The notes under the pieces were generated by a model. It made no database searches and was not told the origin of the DNA. It worked only from the letters and a program-made list of their open reading frames with translations. From assembly GCA_043811375.1 (NCBI GenBank), contig JBDRNJ010000084.1, forward strand, positions 54,972 to 118,971: a stretch of DNA of 64,000 bases, written 5' to 3'. A program made the position numbers and the translations under genes. The stretch is from a bacterium (GTDB lineage: Bacteria; Zixibacteria; MSB-5A5; GN15; FEB-12). Below are positions 37,677 to 48,494 of this stretch, piece by piece (positions within the stretch are counted from its first letter, which is position 1; each line of letters starts with the position of its first letter).

Positions 37677-40046
37677 ATGGGATACAGATGTCTCCGGAAT
37701 GACACACCTTTACAAACAGCGGCTCCTCTGACGCGAATTCGCCTGAACATATACGGGACCGTACAAGGGGTCGGCTTCCGTCCCTTTGTCTACCGACTGG
37801 CCACCGAACTCAATCTCACCGGCTGGGTCAGAAACTCTCCCAACGGCGTGCAGGTCGAAGTAGAGGGAGACGGCCACAGGCTTGGGCAGTTTACGGATCG
37901 TCTTCAGCAGGAGAAGCCGATCTTATCCGGGATAGACGAACTGGAGGTGAACCACCTTCCACCCACAGGTTACACCGAGTTCATTGTCGCCACCAGCGAC
38001 AGTTCCGGCGAAATCGACGCCGTGATCCTTCCCGATATCGCAACCTGTAAAGATTGCCGTCGGGAAATCTTCGATCCTGCAAATCGTCGCTATCAGTATC
38101 CATTCACAAACTGTACCAACTGCGGACCGCGTTACTCCATTATCGAATCACTTCCCTATGACCGTATCAATACGACTATGCGGCGTTTCGCCATGTGTGA
38201 CGAGTGTCGGCGTGAATACGAAGATCCGCAGAATCGGCGTTTTCACGCCCAGCCCAACGCCTGTCCGAACTGCGGGCCGCATCTCGAACTCCGGAACAGA
38301 ACTGGCAGAATGTTGGCCGGCCATGCACATGCTCTTAACCTGGTCTGTGATCTGGTTCGGAAGGGAGGGATACTGGCACTGAAGGGCCTGGGCGGGTTTC
38401 AGTTAATCGTTGATGCCGGCAACGCCGATGCCGTGCAGTGTCTGAGAGACCGGAAGAATCGACCCGACAAACCGTTGGCGTTGATGTACCCGAATCTCAC
38501 CAGTGTCGCAAATGACTGTGAATTGACGCTACCGGAGAAAACCGCTCTGACATCCAGCGCCTCCCCAATAGTACTGTTGAAACGAAAGCTTTCACCTGCG
38601 ACCATGTTGTGCCGGACAGCAGGTATCATAGCACCCGACAATCCTTACCTGGGTGTTATGTTACCCTATACACCTCTGCATCACTTGCTGATAGCAGATT
38701 TGGGTGGTCCCATCGTGGCTACCAGTGGTAATCTGTCGGATGAACCGATATGCACCGATGAGCGCGAGGCACTCCATCGTCTACGAGATATCGCTGATTT
38801 GTTTCTCGTGCACGATCGTCCCATAGCCCGGCATGTCGACGATTCGATTGTCCGGGTCATTGCTGATCGACCGGTCGTCCTGCGCAGCGCCCGCGGGTAC
38901 GCTCCCACGGTGATTGACCTGTCTGAATCGGCATCGGACTGCCTTGCGGTGGGCGCCCAACTGAAAAACTCAATCGCAATATCCAAAGGAAGGCGCACCT
39001 TTGTCAGTCAGCATATCGGTGACCTCGATAGCAAACCTGCCTTCGACGCCATGGGCCGGGTGATCGGTTCGCTTATATCAGTCTATAATGTGAATCCGAG
39101 TATAGTAGCCTGCGATCTGCATCCTGACTATCAGTCCACCAGCTTTGCATCCGCCGTTGATGCTCCGTGCCACCCGGTTCAGCATCACTATGCCCACGTT
39201 TTGTCCTGTATGGCGGAAAATCACCTGGAGCCGCCTGTGCTCGGAGTATCTTTTGACGGCACCGGTCTTGGTACGGACGATACCATCTGGGGCGGTGAAT
39301 TCCTGAGAGTGGTTGATGATTCCTTCGAGCGAGTCGCGCACCTGCGGTGTTTCCGTCTGCCCGGAGGCGATACTGCCATACGTGAGCCTCGCCGGGCTGC
39401 ACTGAGCTTATTGTACGAAGCTTTTGGCGATGATGCCTTTGGAATGCGCGAGTTGAGTCCGGTGAAGTCTTTCACGACTGAAGAACTACGTATCCTCCGG
39501 ACGGTTCTAAGCAGGGGAGTTAACGCACCGTTCACCTCGAGTGCGGGTCGTCTCTTCGATGCTGTTTCGTCGCTCGTGGGATTGTGCCACAAAATGAGTT
39601 TCGAAGGGCAGGCGGCGATGCTGCTGGAATTTGCCGCCGAGAGTATCGAGTCAGCGGATACTTACGAATTCAGCCTGGAAACCCGCTCCTCACCGTACGT
39701 GCTTGATTGGGAACCGATGTTGCGACAAATATGTTCAGACCTGCGGGTTTCGGCAGCACCTGCCATAATCGCAGCGAAGTTCCACAATACTCTTGCGGGG
39801 ATGATAGCTGAAATCGCCACCAGGAGCGGGGAGACCAGGATCGCACTAACGGGCGGTTGCTTCCAGAATAAATACCTTACCGAACGGGCGCTTGCTTATC
39901 TGCATCGCTCCGGTCTTGAGGTTTTTCGACATGGGCGGGTGCCGCCCAACGATGGCGGCATTGCGCTCGGTCAGATCATGGCGGCTTGCCGTCAGCAACG
40001 CAAAGGTGATAAACGTGTGTCTGGCAGTTCCCGGAAAGATACTTGA
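37677..40046 (+). CDS. hypF: Carbamoyltransferase HypF
   Basis: VQGVGFRPF, two zinc fingers, HAQPNAC, TSGN, QHHYAH, DGTGLG and PPNDGGIALGQ motifs. Confidence 0.96.
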   Translation: MGYRCLRNDTPLQTAAPLTRIRLNIYGTVQGVGFRPFVYRLATELNLTGWVRNSPNGVQVEVEGDGHRLGQFTDRLQQEKPILSGIDELEVNHLPPTGYTEFIVATSDSSGEIDAVILPDIATCKDCRREIFDPANRRYQYPFTNCTNCGPRYSIIESLPYDRINTTMRRFAMCDECRREYEDPQNRRFHAQPNACPNCGPHLELRNRTGRMLAGHAHALNLVCDLVRKGGILALKGLGGFQLIVDAGNADAVQCLRDRKNRPDKPLALMYPNLTSVANDCELTLPEKTALTSSASPIVLLKRKLSPATMLCRTAGIIAPDNPYLGVMLPYTPLHHLLIADLGGPIVATSGNLSDEPICTDEREALHRLRDIADLFLVHDRPIARHVDDSIVRVIADRPVVLRSARGYAPTVIDLSESASDCLAVGAQLKNSIAISKGRRTFVSQHIGDLDSKPAFDAMGRVIGSLISVYNVNPSIVACDLHPDYQSTSFASAVDAPCHPVQHHYAHVLSCMAENHLEPPVLGVSFDGTGLGTDDTIWGGEFLRVVDDSFERVAHLRCFRLPGGDTAIREPRRAALSLLYEAFGDDAFGMRELSPVKSFTTEELRILRTVLSRGVNAPFTSSAGRLFDAVSSLVGLCHKMSFEGQAAMLLEFAAESIESADTYEFSLETRSSPYVLDWEPMLRQICSDLRVSAAPAIIAAKFHNTLAGMIAEIATRSGETRIALTGGCFQNKYLTERALAYLHRSGLEVFRHGRVPPNDGGIALGQIMAACRQQRKGDKRVSGSSRKDT

Positions 40047-40269
40047 GCTTACCGATAACGCCCCTCTTACAAGGACGGGACGAGTCAGTTTCGGCGGCAT
40101 CATAAGGAACGTGAATCTTGCCACCGTGTCGGCGGCCGAAGTTGGTGATTATGTCATCGTACATGCCGGTTTTGCCATCAGTGTCATTGATTCCGATGAA
40201 GCGGCAAAAACTATTGAGTACCTGAGCCGGATCGAGCGATTGTCCGCCGAACGGGAAGCTGAGCAATGA
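40015..40269 (+). CDS. hypC: Hydrogenase assembly chaperone HypC
   Basis: (M)[24 protein letters not shown] start. Confidence 0.95.
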   Translation: MCLAVPGKILELTDNAPLTRTGRVSFGGIIRNVNLATVSAAEVGDYVIVHAGFAISVIDSDEAAKTIEYLSRIERLSAEREAEQ

Positions 40270-41399
40270 AATTCGTAGATGATTTTCGTGACCCGGCAAC
40301 TGCCACACGATATGTAACATCCATCGCCGACATCAGCACTAAACGCTGGGCCATCATGGAGGTGTGCGGCGGTCAGACACACGCTATCGTGAGAAACGGC
40401 ATCGACAGACAGCTCACCGAAATGGTTACGCTGTTGCACGGTCCCGGCTGTCCGGTATGTGTCACGCCCGCAGACCTGATTGACATGGCAATCGAACTGG
40501 CGTCACGAGAGGATGTCATCTTCTGCTCATTTGGAGATATGCTTCGGGTTCGTGGCAGCAGGGAGGACTTGCTGTCTGTCAAAGCCCGGGGTGGCGACAT
40601 TCGTCTGCTCTACTCACCGCTGGATTGTCTGGAAATAGCTCGCGACAACCCTGACAGAGAAGTGGTGTTCTTTGCAATTGGATTTGAAACAACCGCTCCC
40701 GTGAACGCCTCGGTGGTATGCCAGGCACACCAACAGGGAATTCACAACTTCTCAATCCTGTGCACCCAGGTTCTTATCCCGCCGGCTATTGCCGCGATTC
40801 TGGAATCACCGGAGTGCCGCGTGCAAGCCCTGCTGGCGCCCGGTCATGTTTGCAGTGTCACGGGCTGTACCGAGTATGAGCAATTAGCCTCTCGCTACCG
40901 ATTGCCGATCATCGTTACCGGGTTTGAGCCGGTCGATATTCTGCAGGGTATTCACATGGCGGTCGCACAATTGGAGAAGGGCCAGGCCAGACTCGAGAAC
41001 CAGTATATGAGGGCAGTCAGGACGGAAGGGAACAGAGAGGCTCAAGAACTGATGAGCCGTGTCTTTCGTGTTGTTGATCGAGCCTGGCGCGGTCTCGGTG
41101 TTATTCCATCAAGCGGTTTAGCCCTTCGGGACGAGTTCAAAGAGTTTGATGCCGAGAAACGGTTCGGATTGACCAGCCGGCAGGTTGAAGACGATTCGCT
41201 GTGTATCAGCGGATTGATTCTCCGGGGTATAAAAAAGCCGTGTGACTGTCCCGCCTTTGCATGTGATTGTACGCCCGAGCGACCGATGGGTGCAACGATG
41301 GTCTCATCGGAAGGTGCCTGCGCTGCGTACTATCAATATGGTCGTTCGAGCTATAATTATGAATCCTTGAAAATGAGCAGGACCAATGACGCCGGTTGA
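40266..41399 (+). CDS. hypD: Hydrogenase maturation protein HypD
   Basis: [27 protein letters not shown] and [10 protein letters not shown] motifs. Confidence 0.96.
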   Translation: MKFVDDFRDPATATRYVTSIADISTKRWAIMEVCGGQTHAIVRNGIDRQLTEMVTLLHGPGCPVCVTPADLIDMAIELASREDVIFCSFGDMLRVRGSREDLLSVKARGGDIRLLYSPLDCLEIARDNPDREVVFFAIGFETTAPVNASVVCQAHQQGIHNFSILCTQVLIPPAIAAILESPECRVQALLAPGHVCSVTGCTEYEQLASRYRLPIIVTGFEPVDILQGIHMAVAQLEKGQARLENQYMRAVRTEGNREAQELMSRVFRVVDRAWRGLGVIPSSGLALRDEFKEFDAEKRFGLTSRQVEDDSLCISGLILRGIKKPCDCPAFACDCTPERPMGATMVSSEGACAAYYQYGRSSYNYESLKMSRTNDAG

Positions 41400-42441
41400 C
41401 AAGAGTAACCCGATTTGTCCTTTTCCCCTGTCGGAGTACCCGCATATCACCATGGCTCATGGCGGGGGAGGTAAGCTCATGCACCAACTGATTGATAAAA
41501 TGTTCGCTCCGGCGTTTGAAAACCCGGATTTCGAATCGCAACACGACGGTGCTCTGCTTGACATGACCGGAACGAGACTTGCTTTCACAACCGATGCCTA
41601 CGTTGTTGATCCGCTCTTTTTTCCCGGCGGAGACATTGGAACGCTGGCCGTCTACGGCACCGTCAATGATCTTGCCATGTGCGGCGCTCGACCCATGTAT
41701 CTCTGTGCATCGTTTATTCTCGAAGAGGGCTTCCAAACCGAATCACTATGGAAAATAGCCCTCTCTATGCGGCAGGCGGCGCAACACTCCAACGTGCGGA
41801 TAGTTACCGGTGATACCAAAGTAGTCGATCGTGGACGAGGGGACGGCGTGTATATCACTACGTCAGGTGTCGGCCTGGTAGATCAAAACCTTAAAATCGG
41901 CCCCCATGCAGTCAAACAAGGAGATGCGATCATTCTCAACGGTGATATCGGTCGGCATGGTATCGCGGTCATGTCCCGACGTGAGGGGTTATCCTTCGAA
42001 ACAAAGATAGAGAGTGACTGTGCTCCTCTGGCGGCGGCCGTACGGCAGCTTATCGAGGCGGGGATTGAAATCCATTGTCTGCGAGACCTGACCCGGGGGG
42101 GTCTGGCTACGGCACTGGTTGAAATTGCGGAGTCGTCCGGTCTGCATATCGGTCTGGACGAGAGCCGGGTGCCCGTATGTGATGATGTACGTGGAGCTTG
42201 TGAGTTACTGGGCCTCGATCCCATGTATGTTGCCAATGAAGGGCGATTCATAGTACTGGTTCCGGCTCGTGACACAGAGCGTACAGTATCAATTCTCGGT
42301 AATTACTCTACTGGCTTTGCTTCTGCCATCGTGGGAAATGTGACTGATCGGGAGTCCGGTATCGTCACTATGAAGACTGTGATCGGCGCCGAACGTATAG
42401 TGAATATGTTGAGCGGTGAGCAGTTGCCGAGAATATGTTAG
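41386..42441 (+). CDS. hypE: Hydrogenase maturation protein HypE
   Basis: HGGGG, FPGGDIG, GTVNDL, TGDTKVV, RDLTRGG motifs and C-terminal PRIC. Confidence 0.96.
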   Translation: MTPVDKSNPICPFPLSEYPHITMAHGGGGKLMHQLIDKMFAPAFENPDFESQHDGALLDMTGTRLAFTTDAYVVDPLFFPGGDIGTLAVYGTVNDLAMCGARPMYLCASFILEEGFQTESLWKIALSMRQAAQHSNVRIVTGDTKVVDRGRGDGVYITTSGVGLVDQNLKIGPHAVKQGDAIILNGDIGRHGIAVMSRREGLSFETKIESDCAPLAAAVRQLIEAGIEIHCLRDLTRGGLATALVEIAESSGLHIGLDESRVPVCDDVRGACELLGLDPMYVANEGRFIVLVPARDTERTVSILGNYSTGFASAIVGNVTDRESGIVTMKTVIGAERIVNMLSGEQLPRIC

Positions 42442-42652
42442 CCCTGGGTTTAAGCGTTGTGGTTGTGCTCATTATCGTTCTGAATTCATAGTGATATCTT
42501 CATGCGCCCTCTGACTCTCAACAATCCGAAGGAGTCTGCGGATAACCGGAATAACTGCTTCTGAGGCGGCAGTTATGACCTGAGGGGTTTCGCTGCGCAT
42601 AATAAAGTTAATTGCGCTTTCAGGATATTTTCAGTAAGTTGTTAAAAGCAAT

Positions 42653-42739
42653 GCCGAAGTGGTGAAATTGGTATACGCGCTGCGTTCAGGGCGCAGTGTC
42701 CGCAAGGACGTGGGGGTTCGAGTCCCCCCTTCGGCACCA
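42653..42739 (+). tRNA. tRNA-Leu(CAG)
   Basis: Anticodon arm CTGCG-TTCAGGG-CGCAG; long variable arm; CCA end. Confidence 0.95.
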
Positions 42740-42832
42740 ATATAAATTATTACAATTCAATAGATTACAAGGGGAAGGGAGACTCCCCTGAACTCCACCA
42801 AATAGTCGATAACTTTTTGAGAAGAGCTGTCG

Positions 42833-43303
42833 GGCGACTCGAGGCTGTCCCAAAAGGTGATAACTACAACTCGCGTAGGGCTTGTTGATAAACATAACAA
42901 ACGTCATAGCGAGGAGCGAAGCGACGTGGCTATCTCGTTGAAATTCAATATCCGAGATTGCCACGCTGTCGCTCGCAATGACGAGAATGGGACTTTTTCA
43001 ACAGGCCCCGTAGGGTGGGGGCTTGTCTCCTGCCAATAAAAGTGGCGATGCCACCGGCGGACATAAAGCCCGCCGCTACGCGGGTTTACCTAATGACGAT
43101 TTATTCGATGCAACGTTAAATGTACTCAAAGCTTACTTATGGGACAACCTCGAGTCGCCTAACGCCAACCTCGAAACATTACAATTCGGACTTATATCGC
43201 GACCCCACTTAAGACTTGATATTCAATTCATCACGCTCTGAGTCGGCGTGACCTGCTGCTGCACGCAGTGACGTGAAACGCAGGTTTTTCAACAAGCCCT
43301 ACG
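42833..43303. repeat. Cluster of nested and interleaved inverted repeats (MITE/REP-like)
   Basis: IR pairs 42833-42856/43136-43159 (22/24) and 42874-42893/43284-43303 (19/20); palindromic element 42903-42982; GTAG...CTAC REP-like doublet 43010-43079. Confidence 0.75.
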
Positions 43304-43373
43304 GGGTTGAGTCCTGTGGCCCTCAAATGCGAACCGTATATTTTCAGAAACGCCTGAGCCGTTATCTCGGCGT

Positions 43374-43830
43374 CTACTGCACCGGTGGGCAGTTTGGTGC
43401 TGGGCCTCCTTGAAAGAGATATGCAACCAGGCAGGTCAGATCACCAACATCGAGTGCATCAGAGTTGTCGACATCGGCCAGATTGAGATCAGGTGGTGCC
43501 GGCCCGCCCCTAAACAGGAAAGCAACGTAGAATACGATATCAGCTACATCCGGGCCCAGTCCATCGCCGTTCATGTCGCCGCAAACGATGACGACTTCGC
43601 TGCTAAGACGGGCAGTGTGGTTAAGCCGTCGGTTATAACCAAGCATGGGCTTGTAGGCGTCGTTGGCATCGTACGGGTTGCCGGCCAGATTGGCAAAGAC
43701 CAGCCGGTCCCACAGGGGGTAGACAAAATCAACGTAGCCGTCCTGGTTGATATCCCCGATGACAGCCAAACGATGTACCTCCGTGTCAGCAGTAATCCCA
43801 CATTCCCCCAGGGTGTTTTTTGCTCTCTCT
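43374..43830 (-). pseudogene. C-terminal fragment of a secreted protein (FG-GAP-like segment plus dockerin)
   Basis: IGDINQDGYVD; CGDMNGDG..DVADIVFYVAFLFRGGPAP..ADVDNSD..DVGDLTCLVAYLFQGGPAP; upstream in-frame stop and no signal peptide. Confidence 0.75.
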
Positions 43831-44141
43831 CAAATCAAGCTTTGGAGTACTCTCACCAGATAAGTGGCCATCTTGACTGGCTTCCGTACATTTTTCTATG
43901 CTGTCGCTCACAAAATCACCCCTCCTAACGCTCATCTCATTCGTCCCCAGTGACTTAGTAAGACATACTTACTTCAGACCAAATACGAGCCTTCGTTGTT
44001 GATTCTCTCACCACAAGCTCTTGCCGGATAACGAGAAAAGGTGCAATAGACCGCTCCTCTTAACCTCTTGTAAACACGGTACACCGATCTGCCTCCGCTG
44101 TCTTCGATGAACTTAAACCGGTTACTTACCTGCTGACAACA

Positions 44142-44369
44142 CTACTTCAACAGCAGCATCTTCTTGCTGGTGGTGAAATCGTCGGCTTTGAGCTTGTAGA
44201 GGTAGACACCGCTTGAGACCGGACGGCCGTGCTCGTAACTCAGTCGAACAGATTGACGCTTGAACTCGCCATCATACTGACAACGATGGGTTTCCTTGTA
44301 CATTAAAACACCTCCTTAGGCTAAAATAGCCTAGCTTCTCGCGGTGTCCACTAAACAGGAGGAGGTTCA
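44142..44369 (-). mobile_element. IS3-family left-end remnant whose OrfA start is fused to a secretion C-terminal-domain fragment
   Basis: IRL-like TGAACCTCCTCCTGTTTAGTGGACAC at 44369-44344; AAGGAGG RBS; 53-aa ORF 44303-44142 MYKETHRCQYDGEFKRQSVRLSYEHGRPVSSGVYLYKL...KKMLLLK. Confidence 0.7.
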
Positions 44370-44604
44370 CGCTGATACTATCCTGTGCAATCACCGGAGA
44401 GCCAGGCGACTCTATCAGTCCACCCAAACCATCACCATAGTAAACCAGCACTTCAGTCGTTGCCAGGGCCGGGTCGCTTACGGTGCAATAGAATATTCTG
44501 ACTATCAGCCACTTCCAGAGACATCTCACTCGGACTTTGAGTTCCCTGCGGTTACTCACCACACTTTAACCGATCTCAAGAATTCCGGCATGCTGGCCGA
44601 GCGT

Positions 44605-46791
44605 TCATTCCCTCCAGGGCAGAGCCAAAAAGCGTGGGTCGTCGCGAAGCGAATTAAGGTCGGGATCGTTATCAACCCAATCTCTGTGAGCGAAGCCGGC
44701 TTTGACGGCATCCTCAAGATGGGAGATGGCTTGGTCCCGAAGACCCTCGAGGGCGTAGAGACAGGCCGTGTTATATCGTATTCCGGCATCGTTTGGGTCA
44801 ATCGCAATGGCGCGTTCCGACCACTCCAGGCCCTTGGTGGCATCGCCGAGTCGGCACCATGCAACGGCGCCAAAGGTCACCGCTCTGGCGTCATCCGGGT
44901 TCAACTCGAGGTGTCTTTCAATAGCCTGAAGCGCCTTCATATATGCAGTCTTCGCTTCGGCATCACGGTTCATCGCAGTGTATGTCTGGGCCGCAAAGTA
45001 CCACGCCTCGTGATCGTCCTGGATGCTACTGGCGGCCTCGAATAGTCGGGCTGCTCTGGCAAGCTCACCCCGCTGGAAACAAGACCTGCCGTAGAGATAA
45101 TGAGCATCGAACTGCTTGGCGTTAAGTTTAATCGCGGTTTCAAACTCCCTGTCAGCATCCTCATACCTTTCCAGAAGCCACAGGGCGAATCCCCGGGAGG
45201 CACGGGCTTCGCTTAGTGATGGGGCAATCTGGATGGCCTTCCGACTGGCTTCATCAGCCAGCGCCACAGTAACCTGGTCTTCCACCCCGTAGAAATGGGC
45301 CAGGAATGAACAACTGAAGGACAAGTACGCATAAGCATTGGCAAATCCTGTGTCTATCTCCACAGCTCGCTCGAACAACTGCCGGGCATACTCGAGGCTT
45401 CGCTTCCGTCGCAGATGGAAAAACTGTCTGCCCCTCAAATAGTAGTCATAGGCTGAGATACTGTCCGTCGGACCCAAAGGTAGTCTGTTTTCTTCTTCAC
45501 TGGAAAGCACAACCTGAAGTACCTGGACAATGCTGCTGGAGATTTCATCCTGGAGCGCAAAAACGTCTTCTACCTTTTGTTGATACTGATTCGACCATAG
45601 TTGGAGACCGCTGACGGTGTCAGCCAATCTAACCGATACTCGAATGTGATCGCTCGTTTTTTGGACGCTTCCTCTTAAAATGGTTTCGACTCCGAGCTTT
45701 CTTCCCATACTCACGGCATCATCGTCACTTTGTTCAACCCGCTCCGATGAAACGCGCGCCGCGACTCGGAGACCACTGATACGGGCGAGGGCTCCTCGGA
45801 TTTCATCCGCAATTCCCTGACAGAAGTACTCCTGGTTTCGATCCGAACTGAGATTGCTAAACGGAAGGACGGCAATCGACGGCTGCCGATTCATGCTGCG
45901 CCGGAATCGCATGCTATCTTTGGATTGGAGGGACCGAAACAGACTCATCAAGTCGGCCCGCACCTCATTGGCGGACTGATACCGCCGGTCTCTTTGTTTC
46001 TCCAGAAGTCTGTTGACGATTCTCTGTAACTCGTCAGGAATACCGGATCGAAAACGCTCCAGCGGTGGCGGGCTAATCTCCAGAACGGCGCTGAAAACCT
46101 CCTCCTCGCTGGAACGTCGGAAAGGGTTCCTTCCTGTGAGAGCTTCATACAAAACGACGCCGAGTGAAAACAGGTCGGAACGAACGTCGGTCTCTTCGCC
46201 CTGCAACTGTTCGGGTGAGAAGTATTCGGGTGTGCCGCGAATAGTACCGGGCTCGGGTCGAGCGGGACCCATGTTTACCGAGGCGACACCGAAATCCACG
46301 ATCTTCAGATGACCGAGGCTGCTGAACAGGAGGTTTGACGGCTTAATGTCGCCGTGGACTATACCATGGGAATGGGCTACCTCCAAACCATCACAGATCT
46401 GAACGCCTATGGCGAGTATCTCCAACAGAGCCAATTCACTCTGACTAAGGTAGGTTCGTAGCGACTTTCCGTGCACATACTCGGTTGCGAAGTATGGTCT
46501 TCCCTCGTGTTCTCCTACCTCATACGCGATAATAATATTTGGATGATTGAGTTTGGCGACGGTTTGTGATTCCCGTTGAAACCGGGTCCGGTGGGCTTCG
46601 TCAGCACATAGTTCGGAGGAAAGGAATTTCAAGGCTGCGCGCCGATCCAGATCTGTGTCATCCGCTAAATAGACTTCACCCATGCCGCCGATGCCGATGC
46701 GCCGGATGATCTTATAGTGAGACACCAGGGTACCAGGTGTCAGCAGCTTGTAGGTTCTTGTCGTTTCGTCCTCATGCCGTTTCATGGTCAT
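44605..46791 (-). CDS. Ser/Thr protein kinase with TolB-like and TPR domains
   Basis: IGIGGMGEV, ALK, HGDIKPSN, DFG and GTPEYFSPE motifs; SIAVLPF.NLS; TPRs; terminal DPDLNSLRDDPRF. Confidence 0.92.
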   Translation of the reverse strand: MTMKRHEDETTRTYKLLTPGTLVSHYKIIRRIGIGGMGEVYLADDTDLDRRAALKFLSSELCADEAHRTRFQRESQTVAKLNHPNIIIAYEVGEHEGRPYFATEYVHGKSLRTYLSQSELALLEILAIGVQICDGLEVAHSHGIVHGDIKPSNLLFSSLGHLKIVDFGVASVNMGPARPEPGTIRGTPEYFSPEQLQGEETDVRSDLFSLGVVLYEALTGRNPFRRSSEEEVFSAVLEISPPPLERFRSGIPDELQRIVNRLLEKQRDRRYQSANEVRADLMSLFRSLQSKDSMRFRRSMNRQPSIAVLPFSNLSSDRNQEYFCQGIADEIRGALARISGLRVAARVSSERVEQSDDDAVSMGRKLGVETILRGSVQKTSDHIRVSVRLADTVSGLQLWSNQYQQKVEDVFALQDEISSSIVQVLQVVLSSEEENRLPLGPTDSISAYDYYLRGRQFFHLRRKRSLEYARQLFERAVEIDTGFANAYAYLSFSCSFLAHFYGVEDQVTVALADEASRKAIQIAPSLSEARASRGFALWLLERYEDADREFETAIKLNAKQFDAHYLYGRSCFQRGELARAARLFEAASSIQDDHEAWYFAAQTYTAMNRDAEAKTAYMKALQAIERHLELNPDDARAVTFGAVAWCRLGDATKGLEWSERAIAIDPNDAGIRYNTACLYALEGLRDQAISHLEDAVKAGFAHRDWVDNDPDLNSLRDDPRFLALPWRE

Positions 46792-47196
46792 ACCTCTATT
46801 AGTCAGTCCTGGAAACGCTTTCGCGCTCCCACATCTCGCCGTTGTACCATCCTATGGAACTCTCGACAAACGGGTACCATGGCCAAATTCGACCGAAGCA
46901 TAACATACCGATGAAAACACCAACTGTCAAACGTGAGTTTGCCTTTGGCCCAGCCGTATCTTTCTCGTGCCGCTTCGCATGGTGCGTCATTACATGGCCA
47001 GCAAGGTGAGCATAGCATCAATCCGAACCGATCGACCATGCAGGCAACCTTACGAACCCGGGATTGTCTTAGATCGAAGCCACCATAAACCTTATTTCCG
47101 CACCTGGGTCCCCAATGGGGGGTGAGTGACCCCCTTGCCGGAGTCTTACTGTACTGTGATGTGTGAAGATCAATCTTGGGCAGCAGGTGTCCTCGG

Positions 47197-48297
47197 TTAG
47201 AACGACAGCTTGTCTACCGCATCTGCCAGGTGATCCGGCGCCAGATGAGCGTAGATCATCGTTGTCTGAATGTCCGAATGCCCCATCAGCTTCATGACAG
47301 TGGGCAAATCGACACCGCTCATAACCAGGTGACTGGCAAAGGTGTGACGGAGCGTATGTACTTTGGTTAGATTCTCAATTCCCGCCTGCCCGGCGATCTT
47401 TATCATTGCCTCACGGAGTTTCGTCTTGATTCTGCTGCCGTCCTTGTGAGGAAAGACGTATCGTGACTGCAGACCCATCTTGTTCTTGTCTCTAAGCTCC
47501 CTGAACAGCTCGAGGAGCTGGCTGTTGATCGGTATCTCTCGTTCACCAGTCTTGGGCTGCCAGTCTTCCTTACGACGTATCTTGATCTTGCGTCGCTTGA
47601 GATCAATATCGGCCCATTCAAGGTACTCAAGCTCTGCCTTACGCATACCAGTATTAAGAAAGGTGAAATAGACTGGATATAAATCAGGTGGACAAGCATC
47701 CAGCAGCTGTTGACATTCATCTTTCGTAAGAAAACGTACTGGCTTGGCATCATCGACCTTTAGCTTTTTGATACCCCTGGCTGTGTTCTCCTTCAGGTAG
47801 CCCCATTTGATGGCTTGGTTAAGAATCGTCCTGAGGGTGCCAATCTCAAAGTTGATTGTGTGGGCACGAGCACCTTTGCGGGTGTAGTCCTTGATGTCGT
47901 TATCAGACGCAACCTCTGATCCGTTCGGATTCACCCACTCCCCCTTGCGGTGTACCTTGTACTGATCGATCACTTCTCCTGATACCTGGGAGATGAACTG
48001 AACGTCGGCTCGGCGGACATCACGGAAAGCCCGAAAATGATCGGTTACTGCCCGGTAACGGCTGGTAGTGGCCGGTCGATGATTGGCTGCAGAGTATTCC
48101 AGGAACTGTTCGACAAACTTGTTGATGGAGATATCTTTCTTGGCAAACCCGAACTCTTCACGCTCGGCTTTAACGATCGCATCCTGCAGAGCCAACAGTG
48201 CTATTTTCTTGGAACGGCCAATCTTCCTTCGGATTCTGCGTCCACTGACGCGTATATCCAGATACCAGACTCTTCCTCGTTTGTAGATTCGCGCCAT
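47197..48297 (-). CDS. Tyrosine recombinase/phage-type integrase
   Basis: TGMRKAEL, HTLRHTFAS and MGHSDIQTTMIYAH catalytic motifs; ATG at 48297 after GGAG. Confidence 0.95.
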   Translation of the reverse strand: MARIYKRGRVWYLDIRVSGRRIRRKIGRSKKIALLALQDAIVKAEREEFGFAKKDISINKFVEQFLEYSAANHRPATTSRYRAVTDHFRAFRDVRRADVQFISQVSGEVIDQYKVHRKGEWVNPNGSEVASDNDIKDYTRKGARAHTINFEIGTLRTILNQAIKWGYLKENTARGIKKLKVDDAKPVRFLTKDECQQLLDACPPDLYPVYFTFLNTGMRKAELEYLEWADIDLKRRKIKIRRKEDWQPKTGEREIPINSQLLELFRELRDKNKMGLQSRYVFPHKDGSRIKTKLREAMIKIAGQAGIENLTKVHTLRHTFASHLVMSGVDLPTVMKLMGHSDIQTTMIYAHLAPDHLADAVDKLSF

Positions 48298-48405
48298 ATA
48301 AAGTGTCTCCAACTTGGCACAGATTGGGCACAGCTACCTTACACCTGTAATATCGCACGTTTTAAGGTATTGTCAAGTGGGAAGTTACAGAATTACACAG
48401 AAATA

Positions 48406-48494
<89 letters not shown>

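Larger units (their letters stand above)
42740..48405. mobile_element. Eroded integrative island between convergent tRNA-Leu and tRNA-Ser
   Basis: Tyrosine integrase next to the tRNA-Ser 3' end; gene fragments, inverted-repeat cluster and IS3 remnant; no att duplication seen. Confidence 0.65.

Noticed and set aside
22264..42652. Hydrogenase locus as an island integrated at tRNA-Leu
   Set aside because: It lies on the 5' side of the tRNA, and I saw no att repeat or mobility gene at its left boundary.
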